Assembly: GCF_003324675.1 (NCBI RefSeq)
Contig: NZ_CP030918.1
Span: 1,650,001-1,682,000, forward strand
Direction: 5' to 3'
Source: Paracoccus suum
GTDB lineage: Bacteria; Pseudomonadota; Alphaproteobacteria; Rhodobacterales; Rhodobacteraceae
DNA length: 32,000 bases
In this document: in pieces, positions 1 to 9,834 of the stretch
Position numbering within the stretch: position 1 is the stretch's first letter
Layout: the number at the start of each line of letters is the position of its first letter
Made by a program: the position numbers and the translations under genes
The notes under the pieces: generated by a model
Told to the model about the DNA's origin: nothing
The model's database searches: none
The model's input: only the letters and a program-made list of their open reading frames with translations

Positions 1-1811
1 GGCTTCAGCGCCTGCGCCAACGCATGTCCCTGGCAATGCAGCAGGCCATCGGCGGACAGGAGGGGGCGGTCGCGTCGGCCCTGATGACCGGCGATCGCTC
101 GGGGATCGCCGAGGCAACCAACGCCGTCATGCGCGATGCCAATCTTTATCACATCGTGTCGATCTCAGGCTTGCATATGTCGATGCTGGCGGGGTTCATT
201 TATGGCGCGCTGCGGATCGCACTGTCGGCGCTGAGCGCGGCAACCGGGCGCGGCGCGGGCAGGCCGGTCCATAAGCTGGCCGCCGGGGTCGCCTTGGCGG
301 CGGCGGCCTTTTACATGGCGCTGTCGGATGGCGGCGTCGCGACCGAGCGCGCCTTTGTCATGATCGCGGTCATGCTCGGCGCCATCATCGTCGATCGTCG
401 CGCGATTTCGCTCCGGACCGTCGCACTGGCCGCCCTGATCCTGCTGGTGCTGTCCCCCGAGGCACTGACTCAGCCCGGATTCCAGATGAGCTTTGCCGCT
501 ACCGTTGGCCTGATCCTCAGCGCTGGCCCATGGTCCCGCGTCTCGCCCCGGGTTCCCCGGTTGTTGCGGCCGGTTGCGATGTTGCTGCTGTCGTCGGCTG
601 TCGCGGGATTCGCGACCGCGCCGCTGGCCGCCGCGCATTTCAATCGCATGTCAGAATACGGACTGCTGGCGAATCTTCTGGCAGTGCCCCTGATGGGGGC
701 GGTGGTGATGCCAGGCGGCGTGATCGCGGCCTTGTTGGCGCCGGTCGGGTTTGCGCAGCCTGCCTTGTGGATCATGGGCATCGGGACCGGCCTGATGCTG
801 GACATCGCGCGGTTCATCTCCGGACTCCACGGCGCGGTGTCGACGGTCCCCTCGCCGCCGGGCGCGGTGATCCCGTTGCTCGGCCTCGGCGGGGTGCTGC
901 TCGCCTTGGGCGGGGGTGGGCTGGGGCTGCCCCACGGCATGGTCCGGGGCATCGGCGCGGCGGTGCTGACGCTCGCGATGGCTCTTTGGCTGACCGCCAC
1001 GCGCCCGGCGCTGCTGATTGCGGCCGAGGCGGACGCGGTCGGCTTGTTGACGCCGGCGGGACGGACCATGTCCAAGCCCAAGGGCGGCAGCTTTGCCGTT
1101 GCAACCTGGCTGGCCGAGGACGGCGACATCGCCTCGTCGGAGGCTGCCGGAAACCGTGCCGGTTGGTCCGGTCCGGCGGGTGTCCGAACGGCGCAGCTTC
1201 CGAACGGGCGAACCGTCGTGCATCTGACAGGCAAGGGTGCTGAGGATGCCCTCGCAGCGACTTGCAAGAACGGAGGGGTGGTAGTCGCAGCGATTGACGA
1301 CCGGCCCCGCGGGAGTGGTGAGCGGGTGCCCTCGCGAGGGGCGGCGCAGGGCCAGGGAGGCAGCGCAGGGACCGCAAAAGCGGCAATAGACTGGAAGTCT
1401 GCCGCCAACGTCACGCGAACGGGGAATAAGGAGGGCTCCAATAAAGAGGCCCGAAGCCGCGGTCGCGATACAAGCGCGGGAGCTGAAAAACAGATCGCCG
1501 ATTGCCAACGGATCGACCTGAATTCACTTCGCCTGACGGGCGCTGTGGCCATTTCCGCGGACGGCAGCATGCGGACAGTTCGCGATGCAGCAGGAGACCG
1601 CCCTTGGTCAGGCCGCGCCAAAAATGCGCGCCCGCGCTTCGCTGATCTGCAGTTCCGGAGAGGCGGGAGGGTGCAGGCAACGCCCGACAAGACCTACTCG
1701 GACTCATCTACGCGGAAGGCCATCCCGCGTGGGCAAGACCAAGAAGCGAACGGAAGTTTGTCTCCCGGGCAACGCGGCCCCGATCAGCAAGCTGGAGGCC
1801 GCGCAGAATAG
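1..1811 (+). CDS. comEC: ComEC/Rec2 family DNA internalization channel protein, 5'-partial
   Basis: The frame of ORF 24..1811 stays open back to the window edge. The translation has the ComEC core (MTGDRSGI...DANLYHIVSISGLHMSMLAGF) followed by many hydrophobic TM segments. The LRLTGAVAI...GDRPW block near nt 1530-1612 looks like the usual alphaproteobacterial ComEC C-terminus, but the ORF continues to the TAG at 1809-1811, so the 3' end is uncertain. Confidence 0.8.
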   Translation, partial: LQRLRQRMSLAMQQAIGGQEGAVASALMTGDRSGIAEATNAVMRDANLYHIVSISGLHMSMLAGFIYGALRIALSALSAATGRGAGRPVHKLAAGVALAAAAFYMALSDGGVATERAFVMIAVMLGAIIVDRRAISLRTVALAALILLVLSPEALTQPGFQMSFAATVGLILSAGPWSRVSPRVPRLLRPVAMLLLSSAVAGFATAPLAAAHFNRMSEYGLLANLLAVPLMGAVVMPGGVIAALLAPVGFAQPALWIMGIGTGLMLDIARFISGLHGAVSTVPSPPGAVIPLLGLGGVLLALGGGGLGLPHGMVRGIGAAVLTLAMALWLTATRPALLIAAEADAVGLLTPAGRTMSKPKGGSFAVATWLAEDGDIASSEAAGNRAGWSGPAGVRTAQLPNGRTVVHLTGKGAEDALAATCKNGGVVVAAIDDRPRGSGERVPSRGAAQGQGGSAGTAKAAIDWKSAANVTRTGNKEGSNKEARSRGRDTSAGAEKQIADCQRIDLNSLRLTGAVAISADGSMRTVRDAAGDRPWSGRAKNARPRFADLQFRRGGRVQATPDKTYSDSSTRKAIPRGQDQEANGSLSPGQRGPDQQAGGRAE

Positions 1812-2039
1812 GAGGGTCTTGCAAAAGCGCACACAAGAGGTGCTGCTCAGGTTGTTCAAATGCCATGACTGTAGCCGATCTTCGCTCCAGCGGCCGATTT
1901 GGACCGCCAAAGTGTCCGCTAGCCCGGGCTACACTCCACGACGCGCAACACCTCGACCGGGGAACCAGTCTTCGCGTCCTGCCCCCTGGCTTTCGGGCTC
2001 GGGATTCAAACGTAGGGCAACTGGTCCAGGCCGACAAAC

Positions 2040-2906
2040 CTAACGGATATCATCAAGGAAATACGGCCCGAATTCGTCCGACAGGAAATCATACTGCGGC
2101 CGCAATCTGTCGCGCAGTGCGGCCATTGCCTCGGGCGGCACCTCGATGTCCTTGGGCCCCTCGAATACTCGCACCTTGGGATTGGCATAATCCCATTGGA
2201 TCAGGCCGCAATGCCGTTCGACCTCGGCCAACAGGCCGCGCGGATCATGTTTGATCCGCCCATAGGGCAGCACCAGCAGCCGATGCCCGAAGTGCTTTCG
2301 CCAGCGCGGCAGATAAGCGGCATAGTCCCCGCGATTGGCGAGGACCGGGTTCGCGACCTCTTTCATCCAGGCATCAAGGTTTTCCGGCGTCCGGCGCTCG
2401 CGCGCGAGGTTCATGCGCAGTTGCGATGCCGCGCGATCGGCCGGATCGCGGATCAGATACACGAACCGCGTTTCGGGCAGCATCTGCGCGGCAAACGCGA
2501 CCCCCTCCTCAGGCAGGGTCGAAAACTCCGGCGTTACGTCCAGAGGCAGAGTTCCTTCGGGCGCAGGATGGAATATCCCGCGATACCATTTGTCGGAATA
2601 TATGTCCGGCGAGGTCGAAACGCTTGTGATATATCCTTCCATCGCCGGCGGAATGATCTCACCACGGCGCAGGTAACGGGCGCGAATCTCCTCGGGCTTT
2701 TTGCGAAAGTGCCAGTCGATCCACTGGCGGTGCTCGGGAATGAAGCGGTGATTGAAGAAATGGGTTTCCTTGAAAGGCGTCGCCCAGACCTGCGGGTGCT
2801 GGCCCAGCATCTGGCTTAGCCAGGAGGTCCCGGCCTTTTGTGCGCCGATCCCCACGATCAGGGGATCGCGGCCCTTGCCGTTGTTGTCCCAAGCCATTTC
2901 ACGCAT
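2040..2906 (-). CDS. Sulfotransferase family protein (PAPS-dependent)
   Basis: Lies within ORF 2040..3014. It has the 5'-phosphosulfate binding loop GAQKAGTSWL and the 3'-phosphate motif YLIRDPADRAAS. I place the start at ATG 2906 (MREMAWDNNG; alternative ATG at 2897) because the upstream in-frame residues are Cys/Arg-rich junk. The 3' end of the gene is visibly lower in GC. Confidence 0.75.
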   Translation of the reverse strand: MREMAWDNNGKGRDPLIVGIGAQKAGTSWLSQMLGQHPQVWATPFKETHFFNHRFIPEHRQWIDWHFRKKPEEIRARYLRRGEIIPPAMEGYITSVSTSPDIYSDKWYRGIFHPAPEGTLPLDVTPEFSTLPEEGVAFAAQMLPETRFVYLIRDPADRAASQLRMNLARERRTPENLDAWMKEVANPVLANRGDYAAYLPRWRKHFGHRLLVLPYGRIKHDPRGLLAEVERHCGLIQWDYANPKVRVFEGPKDIEVPPEAMAALRDRLRPQYDFLSDEFGPYFLDDIR

Positions 2907-3020
2907 GGGGACGCGCCGGAACTCTTTGGCCAGAAAACTCCGGACAATTAACATCGTGAGACGGCACATTCGCGCGCAGTTGAGACAAGCGGTCCCCCTC
3001 CGCAGCAGCGTCATCTGCCC

Positions 3021-4388
3021 TCACAGCCGGCCCCACAGATCATATTCCCCGGCCTCGTCCACCGTCACTTCGACCATATCGCCGGCGTTCAGCGCCTCGA
3101 AGCCTTCGTCGATGAACAGGTTGCCGTCGACCTCCGGCGCGTCTGCCTTGGTCCGGCAGGTGGCGCCCGCTTCGTCCACGCTGTCGACCATCACCGTCTC
3201 GCGCCGGCCGACCCGGGCGGCCAGCTTGCCTGCGCTGATCGCTTGCGCCTTGGCCATGAAGCGGTCCCAGCGGTCCTGTTTGACCTCGGGGGCGACGTGA
3301 TCGGGCAGCAGGTTCGCCCGCGCGCCCTTGACGTCCTCGTACTGAAAGCAGCCGACGCGGTCGAGTTGCGCCTCGTCCAGCCAGTCGAGCAGGGTCTGGA
3401 ACTCGGCCTCGGTCTCGCCCGGATAGCCGACGATGAAGGTCGAGCGCAGCGTCAGGTCCGGGCAGATGCCGCGCCAGGCGGCGATCTCGTCCAAGGTACG
3501 TACGGCCGCGGCCGGGCGGGCCATGCGGCGCAGGGTATCGGGATGCGCATGCTGGAACGGGATATCCAGGTAGGGCAGCACCAGCCCCTCGGCCATCAGC
3601 GGAATCAGTTGGCGCACATGCGGGTAGGGATAGACATAGTGCAACCGGATCCACATCCCCAGACTGCCCAGATCGCGTGCCAGATCGGTGATATGGGCGC
3701 GGTGGCCGCGCTCCTCGGCATGGCGCAGATCGAGGCCATATGCGGAGGTGTCCTGACTGATGACGAGGAGTTCGCGCACGCCTGCCTCCGCCAGCCGCTC
3801 GGCCTCGCGGACGACGGCATGCGCCGGCCGGCTGACCAGTTTGCCGCGCATGTCGGGGATGATGCAGAATTTGCAGGCGTGATTGCAGCCTTCCGAAATC
3901 TTCAGATAGGCATAATGACGCGGCGTCAGGCGTACGCCGGAGGCGGGCAACAGGTCCACGAACGGGTCCGGCTGAGGCGGCACGCTGGCATGGACGGCGT
4001 CCAGCACCTGCTCGTATTGCTGTGGACCGGTCACAGCCAGAACCGAGGGATGGGCCCCGGTGATGTAGTCCGGCTCGGCCCCGAGGCAGCCGGTGACGAT
4101 GACCTTGCCGTTGGCGGCGATCGCCTCGCCGATGGCCTCGAGGCTTTCCGCCTTGGCGCTGTCCAGAAAGCCGCAGGTATTCACGATGACCGCGTCGGCG
4201 CCCTCGTAATCGGGGCTTATGGCGTAACCCTCGGCCCGCAGGCGGGTCAGGATACGCTCGCTGTCGACCAGCGCCTTGGGGCAGCCGAGGCTGACCATCC
4301 CGATGCGGGGCTGGCCAGGCCGCAGAGGGGCCTCCGGCAAAAGGGTGCGAGCGCGGTCGGGGCGCAGGTCGGGCGGGTTCAGGGTCAT
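3021..4388 (-). CDS. rimO: Ribosomal protein S12 methylthiotransferase RimO (radical SAM)
   Basis: Has the [15 protein letters not shown]-terminal MTTase block, the radical-SAM CNHACKFC motif and a TRAM-like C-terminus. I chose the start at ATG 4388 (alternative 4397), which gives 455 aa. Confidence 0.93.
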   Translation of the reverse strand: MTLNPPDLRPDRARTLLPEAPLRPGQPRIGMVSLGCPKALVDSERILTRLRAEGYAISPDYEGADAVIVNTCGFLDSAKAESLEAIGEAIAANGKVIVTGCLGAEPDYITGAHPSVLAVTGPQQYEQVLDAVHASVPPQPDPFVDLLPASGVRLTPRHYAYLKISEGCNHACKFCIIPDMRGKLVSRPAHAVVREAERLAEAGVRELLVISQDTSAYGLDLRHAEERGHRAHITDLARDLGSLGMWIRLHYVYPYPHVRQLIPLMAEGLVLPYLDIPFQHAHPDTLRRMARPAAAVRTLDEIAAWRGICPDLTLRSTFIVGYPGETEAEFQTLLDWLDEAQLDRVGCFQYEDVKGARANLLPDHVAPEVKQDRWDRFMAKAQAISAGKLAARVGRRETVMVDSVDEAGATCRTKADAPEVDGNLFIDEGFEALNAGDMVEVTVDEAGEYDLWGRL

Positions 4389-4517
4389 GGCGGGCATATA
4401 CGGCCTGGGACGGCATCCGGAAAGGGCCGCAATCTGGTTAAAATGCGCGACAACCTTTGGTTGCGCGAGGGCCAACGGCGTGTTTGCTGAAGCTGCAAGA
4501 CGCCACAGGATCGCCGC

Positions 4518-7500
4518 ATGCTCTCATCCACCCAGGACGGCGACACCCTGCTGATTACCGGTGCGGCGTCCACCCTGACCCGGATCGTATATCTGGGCAC
4601 AGCAATGGAGGTGGCCGGCGACGATAAAGCGTGGAGCATGGGGTTCTCGGGCCACGGGTTCGATCTGACGACGATCACCGGGACCGGGGTGACGTTCACC
4701 TTCGGGCCCTTCGCCAGCAATCCTTCGGACCTTTACACCGTCTTTGGCACCAACTTGGGTGATGTCATCACCGGCGCGCCCCTGGATGGCAACGGCGGTT
4801 TGCCGGCTGGCCTGCGCCTCTACGGGCGCGGGGGAAATGACAGCCTGATCGGCGGTGCGGGCAGCGACAGCCTGAACGGCGGCTATGGCAATGATGTGCT
4901 ACAGGGCGGCGCAGGCAACGACACCTTGGTCGGCGGCCCGGGCTCGGACACGGCCGTTTACCTGGGCGCCGATGCCGTCCGGGTCGATCTGCGCCTGACG
5001 GGGGCGCAACTGATCGGGGTATCTTTCGGCTACGATCTGTTGCAGACGGTCGAGCATGTCTCTGCCGGCAGTGGTGACGACGAATTGATCGGCGACGACG
5101 CAGGCAACCGGCTGACTGGCGGCACGGGCGCCGACACGCTGATCGGCAACGGCGGCTCCGACACGCTGGATGGCGGGGCGGGCGACGACATCTATTACGC
5201 AGACAGCGCCGATCTTGTGATTGAGGGCGAGGATGCCGGGTTCGATACTGTCATCTCGGCCGAGGCGGCGACGCTGCTTGCCAATCTCGACGCCTTGCGG
5301 CTGACCGGCACGGCCTCGATCACAGGCACCGGCAATGACCTCGACAATCTGATCATCGGCAATGATGGCCAAAATACACTCGCTGGCGGCGCCGGGGCCG
5401 ACACCCTCCAGGGTGGTCTCGGCAACGATGTCTACGAATGGGACGGCGAGGACCTGATCGTCGAGGCCGCGGGCGGCGGGATCGACACCTTGCGCGCCGA
5501 GGTCGATGCGGCCCTGCCAGACGAGGTCGAGGTCCTGGTCCTGGCGGGATATGGCCTGCTTTCGGGCACCGGCAACGGCTTGGCAAATAGGATCATCGGC
5601 AATGCCGACGACAATCAGCTGACCGGCGGATTGGGACGCGACACGCTTGAGGGGGGGCTCGGCAATGATCGCTACGTCCTGGGTACGGGGGACGCTGAGG
5701 ATCTGGTCGTCGAGGCCGCAAATGCCGGGATCGACACGATCTACAGCGCCAATTCGATCGCAGTTCCCCTGAATGTCGAGAATGCCAGCCTGACGGGCAC
5801 GGGGGCCAATGCCGTGGTCGGCAATACGCTGGGCAACCTCATCATCGGGAATGCCGCGGCGAACCGTCTGACCGGCGGTGGCGGCAGCGACACCATGGAT
5901 GGCGGGGGCGGCGCCGACATCTATTTCGCCGATAGCGAGGACATGGTGCGCGAGGTGGTGACCGACAGCTTTGTCGATGTCGTCTACTCCAGCGGCTCGA
6001 TGGATCTCGGCAACGGGATCGAGTGGCTCTTTCTGACCGGCACCAGCGACAGTTTTGGCCGGGGAAACACGCTGAACAACCGCATTACCGGAAACGCGGC
6101 GTCCAACCTGCTGGATGGCCGCGAGGGGGCAGACTCGCTGCTCGGCGGCGGTGGGGACGACGTCTACATGACCGACGGCCACGACATCATCGTCGAAAGC
6201 GCGCTCGGCGGATATGACACTGTCATCTCCTCGGGTTCGGTCCGGCTGGCGGCCTATACGGAACGCCTGATGCTATCGGGGATCGGAAACCTCACCGGGA
6301 TCGGCAACGATCAGTCGAACCTGATCCTCGGCAACGGCGGCGCCAACTACCTGGACGGTATGCAGGGGCGCGACACGCTGATCGGGGGCCTTGGCAACGA
6401 CACTTATGTCTACGATCCGCTGGATCTGTTGACCGAGGCGAGCGACGGCGGCGTCGATACCCTGATAAGCTCTCTCTCCGCCGCTCTGCCAGTGAACTTC
6501 GAGGTGCTGCGCCTGACGGGATACGGCGCGATTGCCGGAACAGGAAACGCCGCGAATAATTCGATCTACGGCAACGTCGGCAACAACGTCCTGAACGGCG
6601 GTGCGGGAACTGACGTCATGGCGGGCGGCTATGGCAACGATATTTATGATACCGATGGACGCGACGTCATAATCGAGGTGGCGGGGCAGGGAACCGACTC
6701 GGTGCGGACGACCGGCAATTACACCTTACCTCAAAACGTCGAATGGCTGTTTTCCGCATCCAGCAGTGGTCTTTCGCTGGGAGGCAACGCTTTGGCGAAC
6801 CGGATCACCGGCGGGGTGGGGGCCGATACGCTGAACGGCCACGGGGGCGCGGATGTGCTGATGGGCGGGGCAGGCAACGACCTCTACGTAGTCTATCCCG
6901 GCACCGTGGTGGTCGAACGACCGGGTGCAGGCACGGATACCGTGCTGGTCAGCAGCAACTATTCCATGACCCCCGGGGTCGAGCGGTTGATCGTTGGCGG
7001 CTATGGGGCAGTCTCGATTCTGGGCTCGCGGGAGGCGAATTACATCGCCGGCAATGTCGCTGCCAACCGGCTGACGGGCGGGGGCGGCCGCGACACGCTG
7101 GCAGGCGGCGGCGGCAACGACATCTATATCGTCGATAGCGATGATACGGTGATCGAGCGATATAATCAGGGCTTTGACACCGCCTACAGCAGCGGGTCAT
7201 GGACAATGCCGCCAGGCGTAGAGCATCTGGTCCTGTCCGGTCTCGCGGGCACCGGGCTCGGGAACGCCGAGGCGAACCGGATCACCGGCAGCGCGGCGGC
7301 AAACCGTCTCTTCGGCTTGGCCGGTAATGACTTGTTGTTCGGCGGGAGCGGCAACGACCGGCTCGTTGGGGGCGCGGGCAGCGATGTCCTGAATGGCGGG
7401 GCAGGCTACGACCGCTTTGTCTTCGCCCGGGGCGAGGGGCGCGATGTCATCACCGACTTCCAGAATGGATACGACCGCATCGAGATCGCGACGGGGGCGG

Positions 7501-7628
7501 AGCGTTACGCCGACTTGAGCATCGCTCAGGTCGGGGCCCACACCTGCGTCAGCTTTGCGGGCACCCAGATCGTTCTGGCCAATACCTCCGCGCGGCTGGT
7601 CGACCCGGGCGATTTCGTCTTTGTATGA
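4518..7628 (+). CDS. Large RTX-type (hemolysin-type) calcium-binding repeat protein, probable T1SS substrate
   Basis: 1036 aa with dozens of GGxGxD nonapeptide repeats ([33 protein letters not shown]). It has no N-terminal signal peptide. The C-terminus ([17 protein letters not shown]...[10 protein letters not shown]) is typical of alphaproteobacterial RTX-like proteins. An AGGA sits 7 nt upstream of ATG 4518. Confidence 0.85.
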   Translation: MLSSTQDGDTLLITGAASTLTRIVYLGTAMEVAGDDKAWSMGFSGHGFDLTTITGTGVTFTFGPFASNPSDLYTVFGTNLGDVITGAPLDGNGGLPAGLRLYGRGGNDSLIGGAGSDSLNGGYGNDVLQGGAGNDTLVGGPGSDTAVYLGADAVRVDLRLTGAQLIGVSFGYDLLQTVEHVSAGSGDDELIGDDAGNRLTGGTGADTLIGNGGSDTLDGGAGDDIYYADSADLVIEGEDAGFDTVISAEAATLLANLDALRLTGTASITGTGNDLDNLIIGNDGQNTLAGGAGADTLQGGLGNDVYEWDGEDLIVEAAGGGIDTLRAEVDAALPDEVEVLVLAGYGLLSGTGNGLANRIIGNADDNQLTGGLGRDTLEGGLGNDRYVLGTGDAEDLVVEAANAGIDTIYSANSIAVPLNVENASLTGTGANAVVGNTLGNLIIGNAAANRLTGGGGSDTMDGGGGADIYFADSEDMVREVVTDSFVDVVYSSGSMDLGNGIEWLFLTGTSDSFGRGNTLNNRITGNAASNLLDGREGADSLLGGGGDDVYMTDGHDIIVESALGGYDTVISSGSVRLAAYTERLMLSGIGNLTGIGNDQSNLILGNGGANYLDGMQGRDTLIGGLGNDTYVYDPLDLLTEASDGGVDTLISSLSAALPVNFEVLRLTGYGAIAGTGNAANNSIYGNVGNNVLNGGAGTDVMAGGYGNDIYDTDGRDVIIEVAGQGTDSVRTTGNYTLPQNVEWLFSASSSGLSLGGNALANRITGGVGADTLNGHGGADVLMGGAGNDLYVVYPGTVVVERPGAGTDTVLVSSNYSMTPGVERLIVGGYGAVSILGSREANYIAGNVAANRLTGGGGRDTLAGGGGNDIYIVDSDDTVIERYNQGFDTAYSSGSWTMPPGVEHLVLSGLAGTGLGNAEANRITGSAAANRLFGLAGNDLLFGGSGNDRLVGGAGSDVLNGGAGYDRFVFARGEGRDVITDFQNGYDRIEIATGAERYADLSIAQVGAHTCVSFAGTQIVLANTSARLVDPGDFVFV
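5091..7286 (+). repeat. Nine tandem ~80-aa (~240-bp) supermodules inside the RTX protein
   Basis: Modules start at aa 192, 281, 361, 444, 525, 605, 685, 765 and 845, and the last ends at aa 923. Each reads GNxxxNxLxGGxGxDxLxGGxGxDxYxxDxxDxVxExxxxGxDTVxSxxxxxLxxxVExLxLxGxxxxxGxGNxxxNxIx. Confidence 0.8.
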
Positions 7629-7631
7629 CGA

Positions 7632-8393
7632 TCACTCGCGCAGGCGCCAGCCGGTCAGGAAGATCCAGCGGACAGCCGCAAGGCAGATCATCAGCACTAT
7701 CGCGACCGCGACCAGCGACACCCCGACAGGCACGTCCGCCAGGTCAAAGAAGGCCCATCGGAACCCCGAGATAAGGTAAAGGACCGGGTTCAGCTTAGCC
7801 ACGCCCGCCCAAAACGGCGGCAGCATGGAGGCCGAATAGAACGCGCCGCCCAGAAACACGAGCGGCGTGATGACCATCATCGGAATGATCTGCAGCTGCT
7901 CGAAATTCTTGGCCCAGAGCCCGATGATGAAGCCGATCAGCGAGAATGCGACCGCCGTCAGCACCAGAAAGGCCAGCATCCAGATGGGGTGGGCAATGCG
8001 AAGGTCGACAAAAAAATAGCTGGTGGCGAGGATCAGCAGCGCGATGAAGATCGCCTTCGTCGCTGCGGCGCCGACATAGCCCAGCGTCACCTCGACCCAG
8101 CCGGTGGGCGAGACCAGGATCTCGTAGATCGTGCCGGAAAACTTTGGGAAGTAGATGCCGAAGCTGGCGTTGGCGACTGACTGCTGCAGGACCGTCAGCA
8201 TCATCAGGCCGGGAACGATGAACGCGCCGTAGGGCACCCCCTCGACCGACTGGATGCGTCCGCCGATGGCCGCGCCGAAGACCACGAAATAGAGCGTGGT
8301 CGAGATCACGGGCGAGGCGATGGATTGCGTCAAGGTACGGAAAAAGCGCGTCATTTCGTGACCGAAAATGGCGCGAATGGCTGGCCAGTTCAT
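7632..8393 (-). CDS. ABC-2 type transporter permease (YadH-like)
   Basis: 253 aa with six hydrophobic segments. The N-terminus [40 protein letters not shown] is typical of the ABC-2/YadH family. It lies downstream of and co-directional with the ATPase. Confidence 0.85.
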   Translation of the reverse strand: MNWPAIRAIFGHEMTRFFRTLTQSIASPVISTTLYFVVFGAAIGGRIQSVEGVPYGAFIVPGLMMLTVLQQSVANASFGIYFPKFSGTIYEILVSPTGWVEVTLGYVGAAATKAIFIALLILATSYFFVDLRIAHPIWMLAFLVLTAVAFSLIGFIIGLWAKNFEQLQIIPMMVITPLVFLGGAFYSASMLPPFWAGVAKLNPVLYLISGFRWAFFDLADVPVGVSLVAVAIVLMICLAAVRWIFLTGWRLRE

Positions 8394-8496
8394 GCGCTAT
8401 GCCTTGCTCGTAAGGGGGTGGTCTCGTCGTATGAGGATGCGGCGCGATCCGGCGAGTCAGGATGGCTATCTGGCACCCAGGCCCCGGTCGCCGGCA

Positions 8497-9444
8497 TCAC
8501 CCGGCGCGCTCCTCGGCGCCAGTGTCATTGCCAATCAGGCTAAGGAACACGTCCTCCAGCCGCGATTGCTCGGTCGCCACGTCGCGCACACCTATGCCAC
8601 GCGCGGCGATGTCGGACAGCAGGCGCCCGATGCCGGTGCGCTCGGCCCGGTGGTCGTAGTCATAAGTCAGGCGCCGGCCATCAGGCGACAGCGTCAGACC
8701 GCGGTCCAGCCATTCCTCGGGAAGGCTCGTCAGCGGATCGTCCAGTTCGACGACCATCTGCTTGCGCCCGAACTCGCCCATCAACTCGGCCGTGGGACGC
8801 ACCAGCATCAGTCGACCGCGACTGATGACGCCGACCCGGTCGGCCATTTCCTCGGCTTCCTCGAGATAATGGGTGGTCAGGATCACGGTAACGCCCTCGG
8901 CGCGCAGGCCGCGCACGACCTCCCACATCTCGCGGCGCAGGGCGACGTCGACGCCCGCGGTCGGCTCGTCGAGAAACAGGACGCGAGGGCGGTGGGCCAG
9001 GGCCTTGGCGATCAACACGCGGCGCTTCATCCCGCCCGACAGCTCCTTGGTTATGGAATCGCGCTTGTCCCACAGCGCGAGGCTGCGGAGCACCCGTTCA
9101 AGCCAGGCGGGATCGGGCGGCAGGCCATAGAGCCCGCGAGTGAAGGCGACCGAGCGCTCGACCTTTTCGAACGGCTCGAGCGCAATTTCCTGCGGCACCA
9201 GCCCGATCAGCCGCCGGGCGGCGCGCCAGTCGGTGCGGATGTCATGGCCGCCCACGCGCACCGTGCCATCCGTCGGCACCACCAGCCCGCAGATGATCGA
9301 GATGAGGGTCGTCTTGCCAGCCCCGTTGGGGCCGAGCAGGGCCAGGATTTCGCCCTCCTCGATATTCAGCGTGACGTCGCGCAGCGCCTCGGTGCCCGCG
9401 GCGTAGCGTTTGGACAGGTGGTCAATCTCGATGATGGGGGACAT
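8497..9444 (-). CDS. ABC transporter ATP-binding protein (YadG-like, ABC-2 exporter partner)
   Basis: Has Walker A GPNGAGKTT, signature LSGGMKRR and Walker B LFLDEPT. The start is at ATG 9444 (MSPIIEIDHLSKRY) with AAGGA upstream. The longer ORF-track start at 9504 is unlikely. Confidence 0.9.
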   Translation of the reverse strand: MSPIIEIDHLSKRYAAGTEALRDVTLNIEEGEILALLGPNGAGKTTLISIICGLVVPTDGTVRVGGHDIRTDWRAARRLIGLVPQEIALEPFEKVERSVAFTRGLYGLPPDPAWLERVLRSLALWDKRDSITKELSGGMKRRVLIAKALAHRPRVLFLDEPTAGVDVALRREMWEVVRGLRAEGVTVILTTHYLEEAEEMADRVGVISRGRLMLVRPTAELMGEFGRKQMVVELDDPLTSLPEEWLDRGLTLSPDGRRLTYDYDHRAERTGIGRLLSDIAARGIGVRDVATEQSRLEDVFLSLIGNDTGAEERAG

Positions 9445-9512
9445 GACGGAATCCTTTGCCGGACGGCCGCCGGACGCTAGGACGATGCGTGCGGCAATGT
9501 CCACCGCTGGGT

Positions 9513-9764
9513 TCAGGCCTCGTCCAGCTCCAGCGCCAGGGCGTGGATGCGCGGGACGATGTCGCCGAGCGTGCTGTGCACCAGGCGGTGCCGGGCGACG
9601 CGGCTGATGCCAGCAAAGGCTGGGCTGGCCATGCGGATGCGGAAGTGCGTCTGCCCGCCCTCGCGCCAGCCGCCGTGGCCGCGATGGTCCTCGCTCTCAT
9701 CCAGCACCTCCAGCCGCGTCGGCTGCAGGACCGCCAGCCGGTCGGTCATCTGCTGCGTGATCAT
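9513..9764 (-). CDS. bolA: BolA family protein
   Basis: MITQQMTDRLAVLQPTRLEVLDESEDHRGH...HFRIRMASPAFAGISRVARHRLVHSTL matches the BolA fold signature. The start at ATG 9764 is preceded by GGAAGGGGGG. The 146-aa ORF-track version is an over-extension. Confidence 0.8.
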   Translation of the reverse strand: MITQQMTDRLAVLQPTRLEVLDESEDHRGHGGWREGGQTHFRIRMASPAFAGISRVARHRLVHSTLGDIVPRIHALALELDEA

Positions 9765-9834
9765 GGTCCACCCCCCTTCCGTGTCGCGTCGAATAAAGTA
9801 AACTCGCCGTCCCGGATCGGAAAGGCCGAGGTTG

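Noticed and set aside
165-1707. Several minus and alternate-frame ORFs over comEC (for example 470..1690, 651..1508, 530..1243)
   Set aside because: All overlap the ComEC reading frame, which has clear family motifs and TM segments. The alternatives are Arg/Pro/Gly-rich junk.
1985-2020. tRNA-like fragment (cgggattcaaacg resembles the reverse complement of a T-arm GGTTCGAATCCCG) in the comEC-sulfotransferase gap, possibly an integration-site remnant
   Set aside because: The T-stem partners do not pair, the T-loop has a mismatch, and no acceptor stem/CCA or anticodon arm can be built. It is a single degenerate match that could be chance. There is no integrase nearby.
3040-4490. 458-aa (-) and 415-aa (+) ORFs overlapping rimO; 4899..6182 (-) over the RTX gene; 8368..9480 (+) over the ABC ATPase; 14027..15402 (+) and 16006..16833 (+) over yjbF/yjbH; 28148..29239 (+) and 28257..29006 (-) over rarD
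   Set aside because: These are alternate or antisense frames of confidently identified genes. The same high-GC open-frame artefact applies.
7632-9444. ABC transporter next to the RTX gene as its type I secretion system
   Set aside because: The permease is a separate 253-aa ABC-2 (YadH-like) protein and the ATPase is a soluble YadG-like protein. There is no fused HlyB-type transporter, no HlyD-type adaptor and no TolC. The genes are convergent with the RTX gene and co-oriented with bolA.
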